Below are positions 14,002-27,944 of a DNA stretch of 64,000 nucleotides, in pieces. Positions within the stretch are counted from its first letter, which is position 1. Each line of letters begins with the position of its first letter. The stretch is taken from assembly GCF_009914755.1 (NCBI RefSeq), contig NC_060932.1; one strand, given 5' to 3'. Source of the stretch: the human T2T-CHM13v2.0 reference genome, Homo sapiens. The translations under genes were made by a program, and so were the position numbers. Under the pieces are notes generated by a model. That model was not told where the DNA came from and did no database searches. It saw only the letters and a list, made by a program, of their open reading frames with translations.

Positions 14002-16019
14002 TCAGAATTTTCAATTACGGTCTGTCCAATTCCAAAGCTCATAACCTGTCACTCTAGTTCTTTATTGGCTTAGATAGAGAAAAATTGATATTTCAGACTC
14101 TCAGTATTTACCATATAACTCTCTATAAGGTAAACCTTCTTAAAATAAACGCTGTAGATGAAGAGGTAATTTGTGGTTTTAATTTTGTGGCTGGATGTTA
14201 TAAGAGTGAATCTCTTTGATAGTTTAAAAAAAAAAAAAAAGAGGTAGCTACCAAGTTTAAGTCACATTCATAGTCCAGTGTCTATCACAAAGCTGGGTCG
14301 AGGGGAAAAAAATGAGGAAGGCAGAAAGAAAGGAAGACAAAGAGAAAAAAAGGCAAAGGCACACAAGAAGAAAGGGAATTAATCAATAAGTAAATATTGT
14401 TCGTCTGCAGTTTATGTTTCCCATCAAAATTCCTCCCCATCTGGGTCATCAGGATGCGGAAAGCAATGGATTTTCCCTGTCAAAATAAATTACTTTGATT
14501 ATTCGTGCTGACGAATCCCAGAACGCACTCATGGCAAGACAAAGGATTTTGTGGTCTCCAGCTAGTTCCTGAGATCTAGAAGAGCATGCAGACCCAAGGT
14601 TAATTACAATATTTGACTAATTGCATTTCCTTGTCCTGTACCATATGGAAACAACGGAATAAATGTGTCTATAATTAAGACTTGAAAACTCTCCACTGGG
14701 TAGCCAGTGAAAGCCTCATGATGCAGGTCTCAGATGAAGAGAAATCATTGTCTTCTATCTTTCAAAGAAAAAAAGCCTCTGATAACAAACAGTATATTCA
14801 TGGATTCTAGATCAGTCTTGTAACTTTTTGTCACTTTTAGAAGTCCTTGTTGGACTTGTAACAGTTAGAAGTGGGAGACATTTGGATTCTTAAATAACAA
14901 TTATAATGACACAATCATAATAATTTAGAGTAAAATCAGACCTCCTTGTTCTCTTGCAATGTGTGACTTGATCAACAAATTACTTATCTTTTATTTGTAA
15001 TTATGATGTTATCCTGTGGGACCAAAGTAAAGCTATGGATTATGCAGCCACATCTTGGAATGGAGTATAAATTAATATTAAACAAATACAAACTATACAT
15101 ACAGAAAATTTTGAAAGGATTCTGATGTTGTTTTTTAAATTATTAAATGCCATTTCATTCAGGGTCACTAAGCCCCAACAATCATTCCCTATTAATGTGC
15201 AAGAAAACACTGTTGGAACTAAAGTAATCTGAGTACCAATTTTATCTTGCTGGAGATGACTGTTATACACAAAAGAAAAAAATGAAACAGCCCACTTAAA
15301 GAAGTCAATTATTTTTGGAGGCTTGTTATGTGAATGGAAGAAATTTTAGCTTTATCCTGGTACTTATATAAACCAGCTTAGAGGCTTAAAGGCACCAATT
15401 CACAGATGTCCTCAAGAGAAGTGGCTAAATGGTGTGATTTCAAAAATAAAAGACTTGAATATGTAATTAGCGGGCTGTTCCTCATTCAGTCATTTGCTGT
15501 CTCTAGCTGTGAATTCACCTAACTTCCTCTTTGAATATATGCATTAGATATCCAGAAATAGCAATGCATAGCATTTTTAAGGTTCTTTAAGAAATGAATC
15601 TATGACCACTTTTGTTTGTATCCTTTGGTTGCTTGATCTGAATACATTCAATGGATGGTTCTGCTAAGCAAAGAAAAGTGAGCAGTACCAGGTGCTGTTA
15701 AAGTTATTGATCAAATTACTTTTTCACACTACATTTGTTTATTAACTATATCTCCTTCTCACTGAACTGGCTTGGAGCAGTGCATAATAATAGATTAGCT
15801 GCATGATGCATTTGTATGGAGAGAATGGGAAGCACGTTATGATCACATTTGACTCAGAGTCTGAACCAGTGCAATAGGTACAGTAGGTAATTGTCCTGGT
15901 TTATAGATTTGTAATGAAGATTGAAAAGATGAACTAGTAATGATAAAATTATGTATTATATTCTGGCAGACTCAGAGTTTAAATTCGTGTCAGTCCAGAT
16001 AACAAAAAAAAATAATAAT

Positions 16020-16240
16020 AAAAGCAAAATGACTTTAGACAAGTTCCTGAGAAGTCTGGCTGTACTGCTGCCTCACTCTTAGCCATGGGCAATTCTCCTA
16101 ACATCCTACATCTCAGTTTTCAATCCCTCCAATGAAGGGGTTGGTTTTACCTACTAGAGATGGTGTGAGAATCAGTGAGTTTATACAGTTTATTACCTTA
16201 GTATGGTGTCTGTCACATATAAGCATTCAGGAAATATTGA
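16020..16240 (+). mobile_element. MIR remnant
   Basis: GGGCAATTCTCCTAACATCC..CATCTCAGTTTTC...AATGAAGGGG...GGTGTGAGAATCAGTGAG MIR core. Confidence 0.6.
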
Positions 16241-16561
16241 TGTATAAAATAACTCTTACATTTTGCACTGTATTTTAGAGCTTTCAAAGCAATTTTATTT
16301 ACTCCCCAAATTTTAAATCAGTTCGTTTTCCTACCCCAATTGACAACATCACTACCAAGGGAGAAAAACCGAGCAAGGAGGGAAGAGGGTTCACTTTCTA
16401 TGAGGATGTAATGGATTGCACTCACTTTTTGGTTGAGCTTTAATATTCTAGTTGGCTCAGCATCTGTGTTTGCAAAGAAAAACCATCTATGTTGATAAAA
16501 CGAAGCCCCAATACTAAGGTCACATAACTGTATATGGAGCAGAAGTAGGACTGGAACCCAG

Positions 16562-16989
16562 TTTTTAAAATTTTTGTGGGTACATAGTAGGTGTATGTAT
16601 TTATGGGTTACATGAGATGTTTCGATACAGGCATACAATGTGAAATAAACACATCATGGAGAATGGGGTGTCCATCTCCTCAAGCATTTATCCCTTGAGT
16701 TGCAAACAATCCAATTACACTCTTTAAGTTATTTTAAAATGTGCAATTATTATTGACTGTAGTCACCCTATTGTGCTATTAAGAAGTAGGTCTTATTTAT
16801 TGTTTCTAACTATTTTTGCCCATTAACCAACATGACCTCCCCTCCCAGGCACCCACTACCGTTCCCAGCCTCTGGTAACCATCTTTCTATGATGCCAATA
16901 TGTTCAATTGTGTTGATTTTTAGATCCCGCAAATAAGTGAGAACATGAGATGTTTGTCTTTCTGTGCCTGGCTTACTCAACGTAATGAT
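16562..16989 (-). mobile_element. 5'-truncated L1MA (MA2/3-like) 3' UTR
   Basis: TTTTTGTGGGTACATAGTAGGTGTAT...CAAGCATTTATCC...AGATCCCGCAAATAAGTGAGAACATG; approximate TSD TGGA..CCCAGTT on both sides. Confidence 0.85.
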
Positions 16990-17056
16990 TTGGAGATCCC
17001 AGTTAAGTAGCACCCTGTTTTGAATTACTTGAAAATTCATACTGTTCCCTCTATTC

Positions 17057-17702
17057 CAAGTGTTTGCAAACTTTGGCCTGTGGGGCAAATCCAGCCCACA
17101 GGTTTCTTTTGTTGGATGCATGAGCTAAGGATGATTTTTACATTTTAAAATCGTTCAAAAATATATTAAAAGAAAGAGCATATTTTATGATATGTGAAAA
17201 TTACTTTTTTTTTCTTTTTTTGAGATGCAGTCTCGCTCTGTCACCCAGGCTGGATGCAGTGGTGCAATCTCAGCTCACTGCAACCTCTGCCTTCCAGGTT
17301 AAAGTGATTCTCATGTCTCAGCCTCCCAAGTAGCTGGGATTACAGCCGTGCACCACCACACCTGGCTAATTTTTGTATTTTTAGTAGAGATGGGGTTTCA
17401 CCATGTTAGCCAGGCTGGTCTCAAACTCCTGACCTCGAGTGAGCCACCCGTCTACGCCCCCATAAAGTGCTGGGGTTACAAGCATGAGCCACTGTGCCTG
17501 GCAGAAAATTAAATTTTATTAATATTTATTGTCCATAAATAAAGTTTTGCTGAAACACAACCACACTCATTTGTTTGTGTATAGTCTATGCCTGCATTTG
17601 CATTCCAACTGTAGAGTTCGAGGTTGCAACAGATGCCTTATGGCATGTAAGTCTAAAATATCACTTCATTGGCTCTTTATGGAAAATGTTTGCAGATACC
17701 TG
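17057..17702 (+). mobile_element. MER58B (hAT-Charlie) split by an Alu
   Basis: Degenerate TIRs CAAGTGTTTGCAAAC / GTTTGCAGATACCTG; 8-bp TSD CTCTATTC/CTCTATAT; internal AATAAAGTTTTGCTGAAACACA. Confidence 0.8.
17205..17502 (-). mobile_element. AluS (Sx/Sz-like)
   Basis: Full Alu; TSD GAAAATTA on both sides. Confidence 0.95.
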
Positions 17703-18542
17703 CTCTATATTGTTACTTTCCCAATATTATTCAATGGTTCAACAGCTCCACTGATCTTCCATATTAGCATACTAATATTATTTACTTACTTTCATATTAA
17801 AGCAATTTCATTGCTTAAATTTACTTGTTAAAAAAATCATTTGTTGTTACCCCCTTACATATAAAGCCTTTATTTAAAAGTAAACATAAATAAAACAAAT
17901 GCATATGTATTAAATTCATTTATGATTATACCAGCAAAGTCATTTTTAGTATCTCCTGTGGTTGGTGTAATATAGTTGGAAAACACTTTACTGTTCTATT
18001 CAATAATTAAGGTAGATTATTTGTCATAAAAACAGATGCTGCTGCAATTTTTTCCTACTTCAAGTTCTGAAGAGATGCTATTGCCTCATGTCTTCAGAGA
18101 GGATACATCAGCAAGCAATGTAGGTTGAAGGATTAGTATTTATAAATGAATGAGAAGAGAAGGGGAGAAATTGTAGGAGCAGTGGCAGAGATCGTCTGAG
18201 TAGCATAAATTATGGTAGTGCCATGGGAGACTCTAGGAGGTAGTGGCCTTATGGAAGGCAGAGTGAGGTTTCTGGGAGACGTTTTGCCTCAAGTACAATA
18301 CATGAAACTGCTTATAGTATTAGGAGCTTTCTAATTTGGTGCCTGGGATACCTAGATGTATTTACACATCTAATATAGGATAACATAGAAATTCTAAAAA
18401 AAAAAAAAACCTATTCCCCATCACTAAGCTTGATTCATTCATTTGTTCATGGCATAACCCTGCACCAGACACCACTCCAGGCTATTTAGTGATCAAGAGA
18501 GACAAATGACATGCCTTTATTTATTTATGTTTTTATTATTTT

Positions 18543-18830
18543 GGCCGGGTGCAGTGGCTCATGCCTGTAATCCCAGCACTTTGGGAGGCCAAGGCAGGTG
18601 GATCATGAGGTCAGGAGGTCAAGACCAGTCTGGCAAAGATGGTGAAACTCTGTCTCTACTAAAACTACAAAAATTAGCTGGGTGTGGTGGCAGGTGCCCA
18701 TAATCCCAGCTACTTGGGAGGTGGAGGCAGGAGAATCACTTGAACCCAGGTAGCAGAGGTTGCAGCGAGCCGAGATTGCACCACTGCACTACAGCCTGGG
18801 TGACAGAGTGAGACTCTGTCTAAAAAAAAA
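18543..18830 (+). mobile_element. AluSg-group
   Basis: Full Alu, GGATCATGAGG and AAGATGG variants; TSD ATTATTTT (18535-18542, 18832-18839). Confidence 0.95.
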
Positions 18831-19393
18831 CATTATTTTTTCACATCTGGCAAAATTACCTCCATCTCCCACCACCCTCCTCTCTGAAGAAGAATAAGAA
18901 AGATTCATAACATTTCTCCTGACATTCTTTGCACACTCAATTTAGTTTTCTTTCTAAACTATTAGTTTCTTCTAGGTGTTTCTCTTTCCCTTGCCATGTG
19001 TGATTACATCAGAAAATGTCTTTTCTTTCCTCCTACTTGCAGCCACAAAGGACAGCTCTGGAAATGGCCTTCTCTGTGTAGAGACAGCACTGCCTTCATT
19101 ATTAAATCATCCACAAGTGCTTTGATTGGATTGCTTGTGGCTGTTATAACTATTTCTTTTTTATTTTTCCCCATTTTTTTTCTTTTAACTTCCCCTTCCA
19201 TGTTGTAGATTTTGTAGACTTTTTACAAGAATTTTAGTAGACGTTCAATAAAGACTTTCTAGAATTATAAGTGACTTTTATCTGAGAAAGGGTCATTGAT
19301 AATTATCTGTAGAAAGGCAATGCATGTGTATGGGGGGTAGCACAGAGAATAATTTCAACTAAACAAGGAAGGCTAGCATTGAAAACAGTCTCA

Positions 19394-19777
<384 letters not shown>

Positions 19778-21775
19778 ATTGCAAAGTTTCTCAGTGTTAA
19801 TGTACAGATCCTTAATAATGTAGCCTGGTTGCTAGTAATGAAAGCAGGTCTTCTCTTCTTCCTTCTTCCTCTCTCTTTCTTTTTTGATGGTCTTTTTCAC
19901 ATGTCCTCATAAGTCATTTGAGGCCTGAGACTAGACCCTGTTTATCTCAGCCCTCAAGACCTACCCCAGGATGTTGCCAACTGAGGGAGGACCCTAAACA
20001 GTTACTCATGTCTTTATACCCAATAACTCTTCCTGACCCCCCTTTTCCCTGTCTCATCTCCACTTTAGAGTTGGGGATAGATACATCCTCAGTATCTCAG
20101 GTCAGGCTATCATGTGACACAATTCTGGGGAAAGCAGAATAAGTAGATATTCACTGGGGGCTTTCTGGAGGTTAACATCCACCCACCCATTTTCCCTTTG
20201 CTTTTACACAAACATGATGGCTCAGTCTTGCAGAAATAACATATATCAGTGATGGAAAACCCCAGAAAGCCCCAGATATAAAGGCCCTAATTTTGTTAAA
20301 TCACAGAATCCTTATGAGTAGCCATCTGCCATTAGACTTTCTTCATCGTGAAGAGAATAAGTTTTATTCAAGTGAAATGTTGGGCGACTTCTGTCCAAGC
20401 ACTTTACCCTCTCCTAAGCACTTGTGATAGATGAGTGAACAAGACAATGAGATATTTTGCTACATGCAGATGAAAGCATTCTAGGTTCATGAAAGATGCA
20501 GTTGTTATTTTCATCAATCATTCAACCCTGAGCTGAAGTTTATCCTGACCCTTCTTAGAAGATCCTCACTACCTCTGAGGCAGTCTATGATGGTGGCTAT
20601 GACAATGGAAATGCTGCTGTCCATAATAACATCTTCACATAAGTATAATCTATACATTGAGGAAAGTGGCATCTTAATATTTACAAACTTTGGCCACATC
20701 CTTGTTCTTATGGGAAAGGTACTACCTTTTGAAGCTGAGAGAGGAGGTAACAATTAGCCCAATTAATAGATAAAGATAAAAGCAAAAGTCAAAGTAAAAC
20801 AAATATGAATGACTTTCCCTAAGTCATGCACAGAATAATAGAAAGTTTCTAAGACTACTCTCTTCTTGGGCCAAGTGTTTAGTCACATGCTGCATATGAT
20901 GGGAAGGAAGCAGGAGTACCATTTGGTATTGAAAAATACTGCTGGTATTCCCTGCCTTGAATGATCTCAATTTCAGGAGTTATATCTGATTCACAACCAT
21001 TCAATCTAGGCTCATGTGTTCAAATCCCTTTGACAAGTATGTCTATTTCCAATGGAAGACATCTGAGTGAACATCTCTTCAAACTAGATGTCTATAGGAT
21101 CAGCCTATGTGGATTCACATTGTGACCTAGCTTGCTTCATAGCCATTGAAGGTCAATATAGGAAAGTGGGAAATTCATTTCTCATTGAATATCTCAAAGC
21201 TTGATCTCACACTTGGGCTGTTTCAGAAGCTGAATTCTCCCACTGGAGGTCTTTGCTAGAGAAAGTTCCCTGCATAGCCACCTCTGTGTGCCATAATCAT
21301 TGAGTGTTTTATGGTGTCCGGAACCCCACCAGGAACAATTCTTTCTCTCCCTCTCTCTGACATAATCTTAACTTTTATGAAACATCTTCTATTCATATCA
21401 TAGTTCTGTCAGTAGTGATGATAATTATCTTTATAATAACCCAATCCTCCATTAAATCCTAAATGCTATTCTACAGTTTAAAGGGTGGGTCAGACAGAAT
21501 AAGAAAAATACGGTTTTGTAGTTTGCACAGGAATCTAGACAAAGGTCATGAGTAATAATAAAAGTGCATATTATAATAAAATGAAATATGTACCAAATGT
21601 GAGGCACAGATGAAAACCTTAATAAGAGTGCAGGAATAACAAGAGATCATTGAGGCTACAAAATTGAGGAAAGTCTGATTAAACAGATGATATTCAATTA
21701 TACCTGAAAGAAGACTAGAAGACTATTACTCAAATATATAATCATATATATATATGGCACATAGGAATTTTTTTC

Positions 21776-22690
<915 letters not shown>

Positions 22691-22861
22691 TATATCTATA
22701 CATGCAGAAAAAGTATTACAGACTAGAAAAAGCATAAGCAAAATCCCAGTGGTAGGAAACAGCTTGCCATATTTGGAAGGGTTGACATCACCCACTGTAC
22801 TGCAATAGACAGTTGATATGTAAGAATACTGAAAAATCAGATTTGAAATATGAGTGAGAAC

Positions 22862-23329
22862 TGTCAGACCTCTAAGCTGAAGCTCAGCCATTATAATCCC
22901 AGTGACCTGCACATATATGTCCAGATGGCCTGCAGGAGCAAGAAGTCTGGAGCAGCCAAAAAACCACAAAGAAGTAAAACATCCAGTTCCTGCCTGAACT
23001 GATTAACCAACATTACAACATTCTACCATTGTGACTTGTCCCTGCCCTACCTTAGGTGATCAATAGACTTTGTGACATTCTTCTTCTGGACAATGAGTCT
23101 TATGATCTCCCCACCATGTACCTTGTGACCCCCTCTTCTGCTAACAATAGATAACCACCTTTTACTGTAATTTTCCATTACCTACCCAACTCCTATAAAA
23201 CAACCCCTTCCCCATCTCCCTTCACTGACTCACTTTTTGGACTCAGCCCACCTGCACCCAGGTGAATTAAAAGCTTCATTGCTCACCCAAAGCCTGTTTG
23301 GTGGTCTCTTCACATGGACGTGCTTGAAA
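22862..23329 (+). mobile_element. HERV-H-family LTR (LTR7C-like), complete U3-R-U5
   Basis: TGTCAG...CCAGATGGCCTGCAGGAGCAAGAAGTCTGGAGCAGCC...CCTATAAAAC (TATA)...ATTAAA...AAGCCTGTTTGGTGGTCTCTTCACATGGACGTGCTTGAAA. Confidence 0.92.
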
Positions 23330-23331
23330 TT

Positions 23332-23360
23332 TGGTGCCGAAACCTGGGATCGAACCAGGG
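23332..23360 (+). other. Extended primer-binding site: 29 nt complementary to the 3' end (including CCA) of tRNA-Phe(GAA)
   Basis: TGGTGCCGAAACCTGGGATCGAACCAGGG versus the reverse complement of mature tRNA-Phe, TGGTGCCGAAACCCGGGATCGAACCAGGG: 28/29, the single mismatch being a CpG C>T at 23345. Confidence 0.92.
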
Positions 23361-23397
23361 GATGTATACGTGCAGGCTTGGGCTCAAAGGCCTGACA
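23360..23397 (-). mobile_element. Inverted 38-nt U3 terminus of an LTR7-family LTR
   Basis: Minus strand reads TGTCAGGCCTTTGAGCCCAAGCCTGCACGTATACATCC. It is immediately followed on the plus strand by AGAAC, which duplicates 22857-22861. Confidence 0.9.
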
Positions 23398-24562
23398 AGA
23401 ACCACAGAGGGAAGCTGTCGAATACTAAGCCTAAGCATTAGGAATTTATGCTGCAGGCAGTGGAGAGCCTCGGGGGTGGTCTGAGCATGGTAGTGAGTTC
23501 CACATGCCAGAGAGTTGGAAACCAAGTCCAACACCCCATGCAGGAAGTGGGAGAAGACTGTGAACATACAGTCTCTCCCTCTTCTGGGCCAGATTTGAGA
23601 AAGCATTTTTCTTTCATTGTAAACTTTTTCTTTGACACATAAAAGCCAACACATCCAATAGAGGGTCTCAAAAAAACTGACAGTGCATTTCCTGTTTTCA
23701 ATGCCCCCCTCTAAGAAGCAGTAGCCCTCTAATCTCATTGAATTCTGGCTTAACTTTGAACTTGCAATTCAAAATAAAACCCAGTGATTGACTATTTGAT
23801 GGTGCTATTAAAAAAGTCAAAGGAATGTTAATGATTCTTAACCTTCATGAGTTCTATAAAGGAAAGGAAAGGTCAACAGGCACAACTGAGAAGAGAAAGG
23901 AGGTTGTCTAGCAGCCACAGTGAAAGTTCTGGAGGATGACTACAATGGGCACTAAAAGACCCTAGAAGGACCTGAGTAATTCAATTTTACCATAATAATG
24001 TGTGAGTGTTTGAGGACCAAACATCAATGCTACTTAAGATCAGAATCTTTAATTTTCTTTAATGGCCTTCAGATAATAAGAAAAAAACAAAATTTTCAGA
24101 GGTTCTGTGGCTGTTGAAGACAGACTCTGATCAGAACATTCATTTTAATAAGTACCCAGGTGACTGATGAAATCAGAATCAAATCCACAGAAATAAACCT
24201 AGAGAAATTCTGGTTTGCCCTTCACTTGTTTTTGATCCTCTCAAAAGCCACTTCACGAATACTTTATGTACAGAGAATCATAGACTTGAGAGGGGTTAAA
24301 AGATACAGGGCTCACAGCTCCAGAGTGGTTCTGCTGTATCTTAAAGCCATGTCTTCTAATCCAAGCACTAGTTCTTTGTCTACAGTCCCCTAGTTTATAT
24401 ATAATGAAACTAAATTCATAATGAATTGCTTAATTCCAAAAGTTAAATCAGTCTCGATTCCAGAATTCAAACACGTTACTACAGTCACAAAACCACGCCA
24501 CCTTTGTCTGCCGTTCACTTATGAATTTCCCCAGATTCATGACTCCATTGACCATGATCCAG

Positions 24563-24675
24563 CATTGCACTATATATGCAAAACCTAACTTTTTGCTATA
24601 TATGCAACACCACTATATGTGCAAAACCATTGCACTATATATATGCAAAACCTAAGTTTTGCACTTGTACAAAAA
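24563..24675. repeat. Short imperfect tandem repeat built on CACTATATATGCAAAAC
   Basis: Two ~34-bp copies (24563-24596, 24628-24662) with two partial copies between them. Confidence 0.85.
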
Positions 24676-26536
24676 GTTTCACCCCGATTGTCCTCTGAAG
24701 TCCTTGAAGGAAAGCAAATGTGGTATTTTGCTTGTTTGTTTTTGTTACGATTTCAGAAACATAGTAGGTTTATCTGTGGTTTGAGGTGGGGTACAATCAA
24801 GGGAGCTGGAGCTGAAGACAAGACATTGGGGCTCTATGTTAGTCTATTATTTGAGGCAAGTAACTTCCCCTGCAAGCCACAGGAAACTCTTCCATGAATG
24901 GGGTCTGCTTATCTATCTAGCAGGAGAACCTAGACAAGAAGTTTGAGTTAGTTTCAACTCCCACCTCAGTCTTTGATGCCTCCTCAGAAATTAGGCTTTT
25001 AATATTTATTTTAGCAAACAGCAGAGTCCCTTTTTTCCAAAAGGGTATTCGAATAAAACAGATAAAAGTGGGGCTTCTCCAGTTGCAATTGTGCCACAAC
25101 ACAGACTCCGAAGTGGTTCCTGGGGGAATCTTTGGAAATGTTTACAAATCTGACAAGCACAAGGGTAAAACTTCCAGGGCTTCAAATTCCAGGAGTGTGC
25201 AGGAAGTAGTACGAGCCTGAGAAGACCCAGAGGACCATTGGTTTCAGTTCCAACCAGTAACTTTAGTTACCCTCTAGAGTAACTTTTCACAGATCACATC
25301 TCTTTTGCTAAAGCTATGTTTTATATTTTAGAATAACCAACAATTAGCATACATGATTTCTGAGGTTTATTTCAGCTATTTCATCCTACATTATAAGTTA
25401 TAATTCAGAGCTCAGGTCAGTACTAGGGCTTTTAAAAATTTCACTAGATTGTAAGCTTCATGAGGGCATCTGCGTATGTGTGCGTAGCACTGACCATGTG
25501 GTAGGCAAGCTAAAAACACAATAAAAAAACACCCTCAGTGGCTTTCATAATACAAAACACAGATGGCACCAAAATCATTTACATTTGATTTGGAAATGTA
25601 TCTTAGGTTTAGCTTTATTTTGTCAAAGAATGTTTAAAGAATGTTTTAGAGTGTGTGTTATGTATCACTTAAACCTTTGGTATAAATGTTTGAATTATAT
25701 CCCTTCATGTTTAAACTTTGCTATTTATAAGCAGTCAGTTCATGTGTGTGTGTGTGTGTGAATACACACACACACAGACATATATACTAGCACAATGCAT
25801 TATACATGACAACCACTGAATAAATATTTGATGGATTATATAAGACGTGTGACATATCTTTATATAGGTATGCTCATGTGTGAATGTAGCCACATGTCTG
25901 TCTGTGAGTGTGTATATGCATATATGTGTAATTATTCAACTCTGACTTCTAAACATGCCCATGTATAGTTAAGTGAGAAAAAAGCCAGATTAACTGGTCC
26001 ATTTGACAATAAATCTTTCACGCAATACCTATCTGACACCTCTTAGAAAATCATTATAAATTATTAATGAGTGCTTAAAGTACAAATGTATGTTTTGTTT
26101 CCGGCTATTTATTTAGACAGCCCATTTTGGCTTCTAATCAAGACAGAAAGTAATGCATCCAACACTGAGGGCTCAGGCTTTGAAAGCATTTGAGGGAAAA
26201 TGCCCTGGAGCATAGGCCTCCTCTGGCACAGGCATACACACACATACTCGCAGACTGATAGATCGGTGCCTGCCATTCCTGTACATATATCCACAGTACA
26301 TTATGATTTTAGAATGAAGAGCAATTGGCATATGGTCAAAATAATTTTTTAATGTACAAATAATTACTCACCCTAAATTAGCCTTCAGTCGCCACATGAA
26401 GAGGTATTTGTTTTGATACCTCCACAATAAGTAAGTGGCAAGACATAGCCTCAAAAATGGGCTTCTTATTTCCAGTTTGAGCCCTAATTTTCTTCGCCTA
26501 TCACACTCCACATGTCTTCTCACACGTCACTTCTAG

Positions 26537-26908
<372 letters not shown>

Positions 26909-27738
26909 ACTTCAATGTTTTATTAAGCTGCGCTATGCTTCTCCAGGTTGGTACGTCTTCTGATTCAGCTCAGTTCTAGTATCTTGCACTCTGGCACAAA
27001 TCCTCATGAATAGTGCCTTTGCCTGGTTCACTCTAGCCCTGAAAATTGAACCCATAGACCCAAAGGGTCAGAAGACGCTCTACAAAGAAGATCAACATGA
27101 CATGATGAAAACCAAGACCTTAAAAGACTATGACTAAAGTCTGGAGAATGGAGGGAACTTTTCCAAATTCATATAGTTACATTGATTTAAAGGACCTGGG
27201 TTTTCTCATTCCTAAATTGACAGCAACCTACTTTTCAGAATTTAAAAATTCCTGTAAATATGCTTGCATAAAAAACGCAGTTTCTCTGTAAAGCAGAAAC
27301 AAAAGGTAGCTTTTAATTAATTTAGCAGGTTACTCCAAATATTATTGCACCACCAAAGAAAGTTACTGTTACTAGCCAAAAAGCAAACCTCCTAATTCCT
27401 AATTGTCGTTCTGTCTTCCTCTCTCCCTCTCTCTTACTCAAAATAATCCAATTACTGCAAGTGCTAGATTCTATTCTCATTGATAAGCTTGAGGAAATGG
27501 GGCAAAACATTTGATGCCACCCTCAGTTCCTCTCAGTGTCTGTGATTAGCATCCCACCAATCCAGATGGGTTCCCAAAGCTGTAAGTCAGAAGCCGGCTA
27601 ACTCTGTGTATGCTGAATTCTTTTCAGAACCTCTCTGGCAAAAAGGAAAATGAATCAAGTTACTTGATAAAACTCCGGTATATACCCTCTCATTCAACCT
27701 ATGTGGTTAATTGCTGTAATGCCTTGTTCCAATTCACG

Positions 27739-27944
27739 CAAGGGTCAGCAAACTAAGACCCATGTGCTAAATCCATCTCACTGCCTAAAGGTTTATTGGA
27801 ACACAGCAATGCCTCTAGTTTGTATGTATTGTCTGTGGCCACTTTCATGCTATAATGTCAAAGTTAAGTAGTTGTGGTTCTAAAGCCCCCAAATACTAAA
27901 ATGTGAACTACCTGCGCTTTACAGGAAAAAACATTTCATCCCTG
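27739..27944 (+). mobile_element. MER58A
   Basis: CAAGGGTCAGCAAACTA...TTTATTGGAACACAGC...GTATTGTCTGTGGC...CTTTACAGGAAAAA...CCCTG. Confidence 0.8.

Noticed and set aside
20587-20757. 56-codon ATG ORF (MMVAMTMEMLLSII...) in unique-looking sequence
   Set aside because: No recognisable homology or convincing splice and promoter context; this length is expected by chance.
23332-23360. Possible tRNA-Phe gene
   Set aside because: Only the 3' 29 nt are present, including CCA, and they directly follow an LTR; there is no D-arm or anticodon arm.
25743-25776. (TG)n-AAT-(AC)n hairpin
   Set aside because: Short low-complexity inverted dinucleotide repeat that is common genome-wide.
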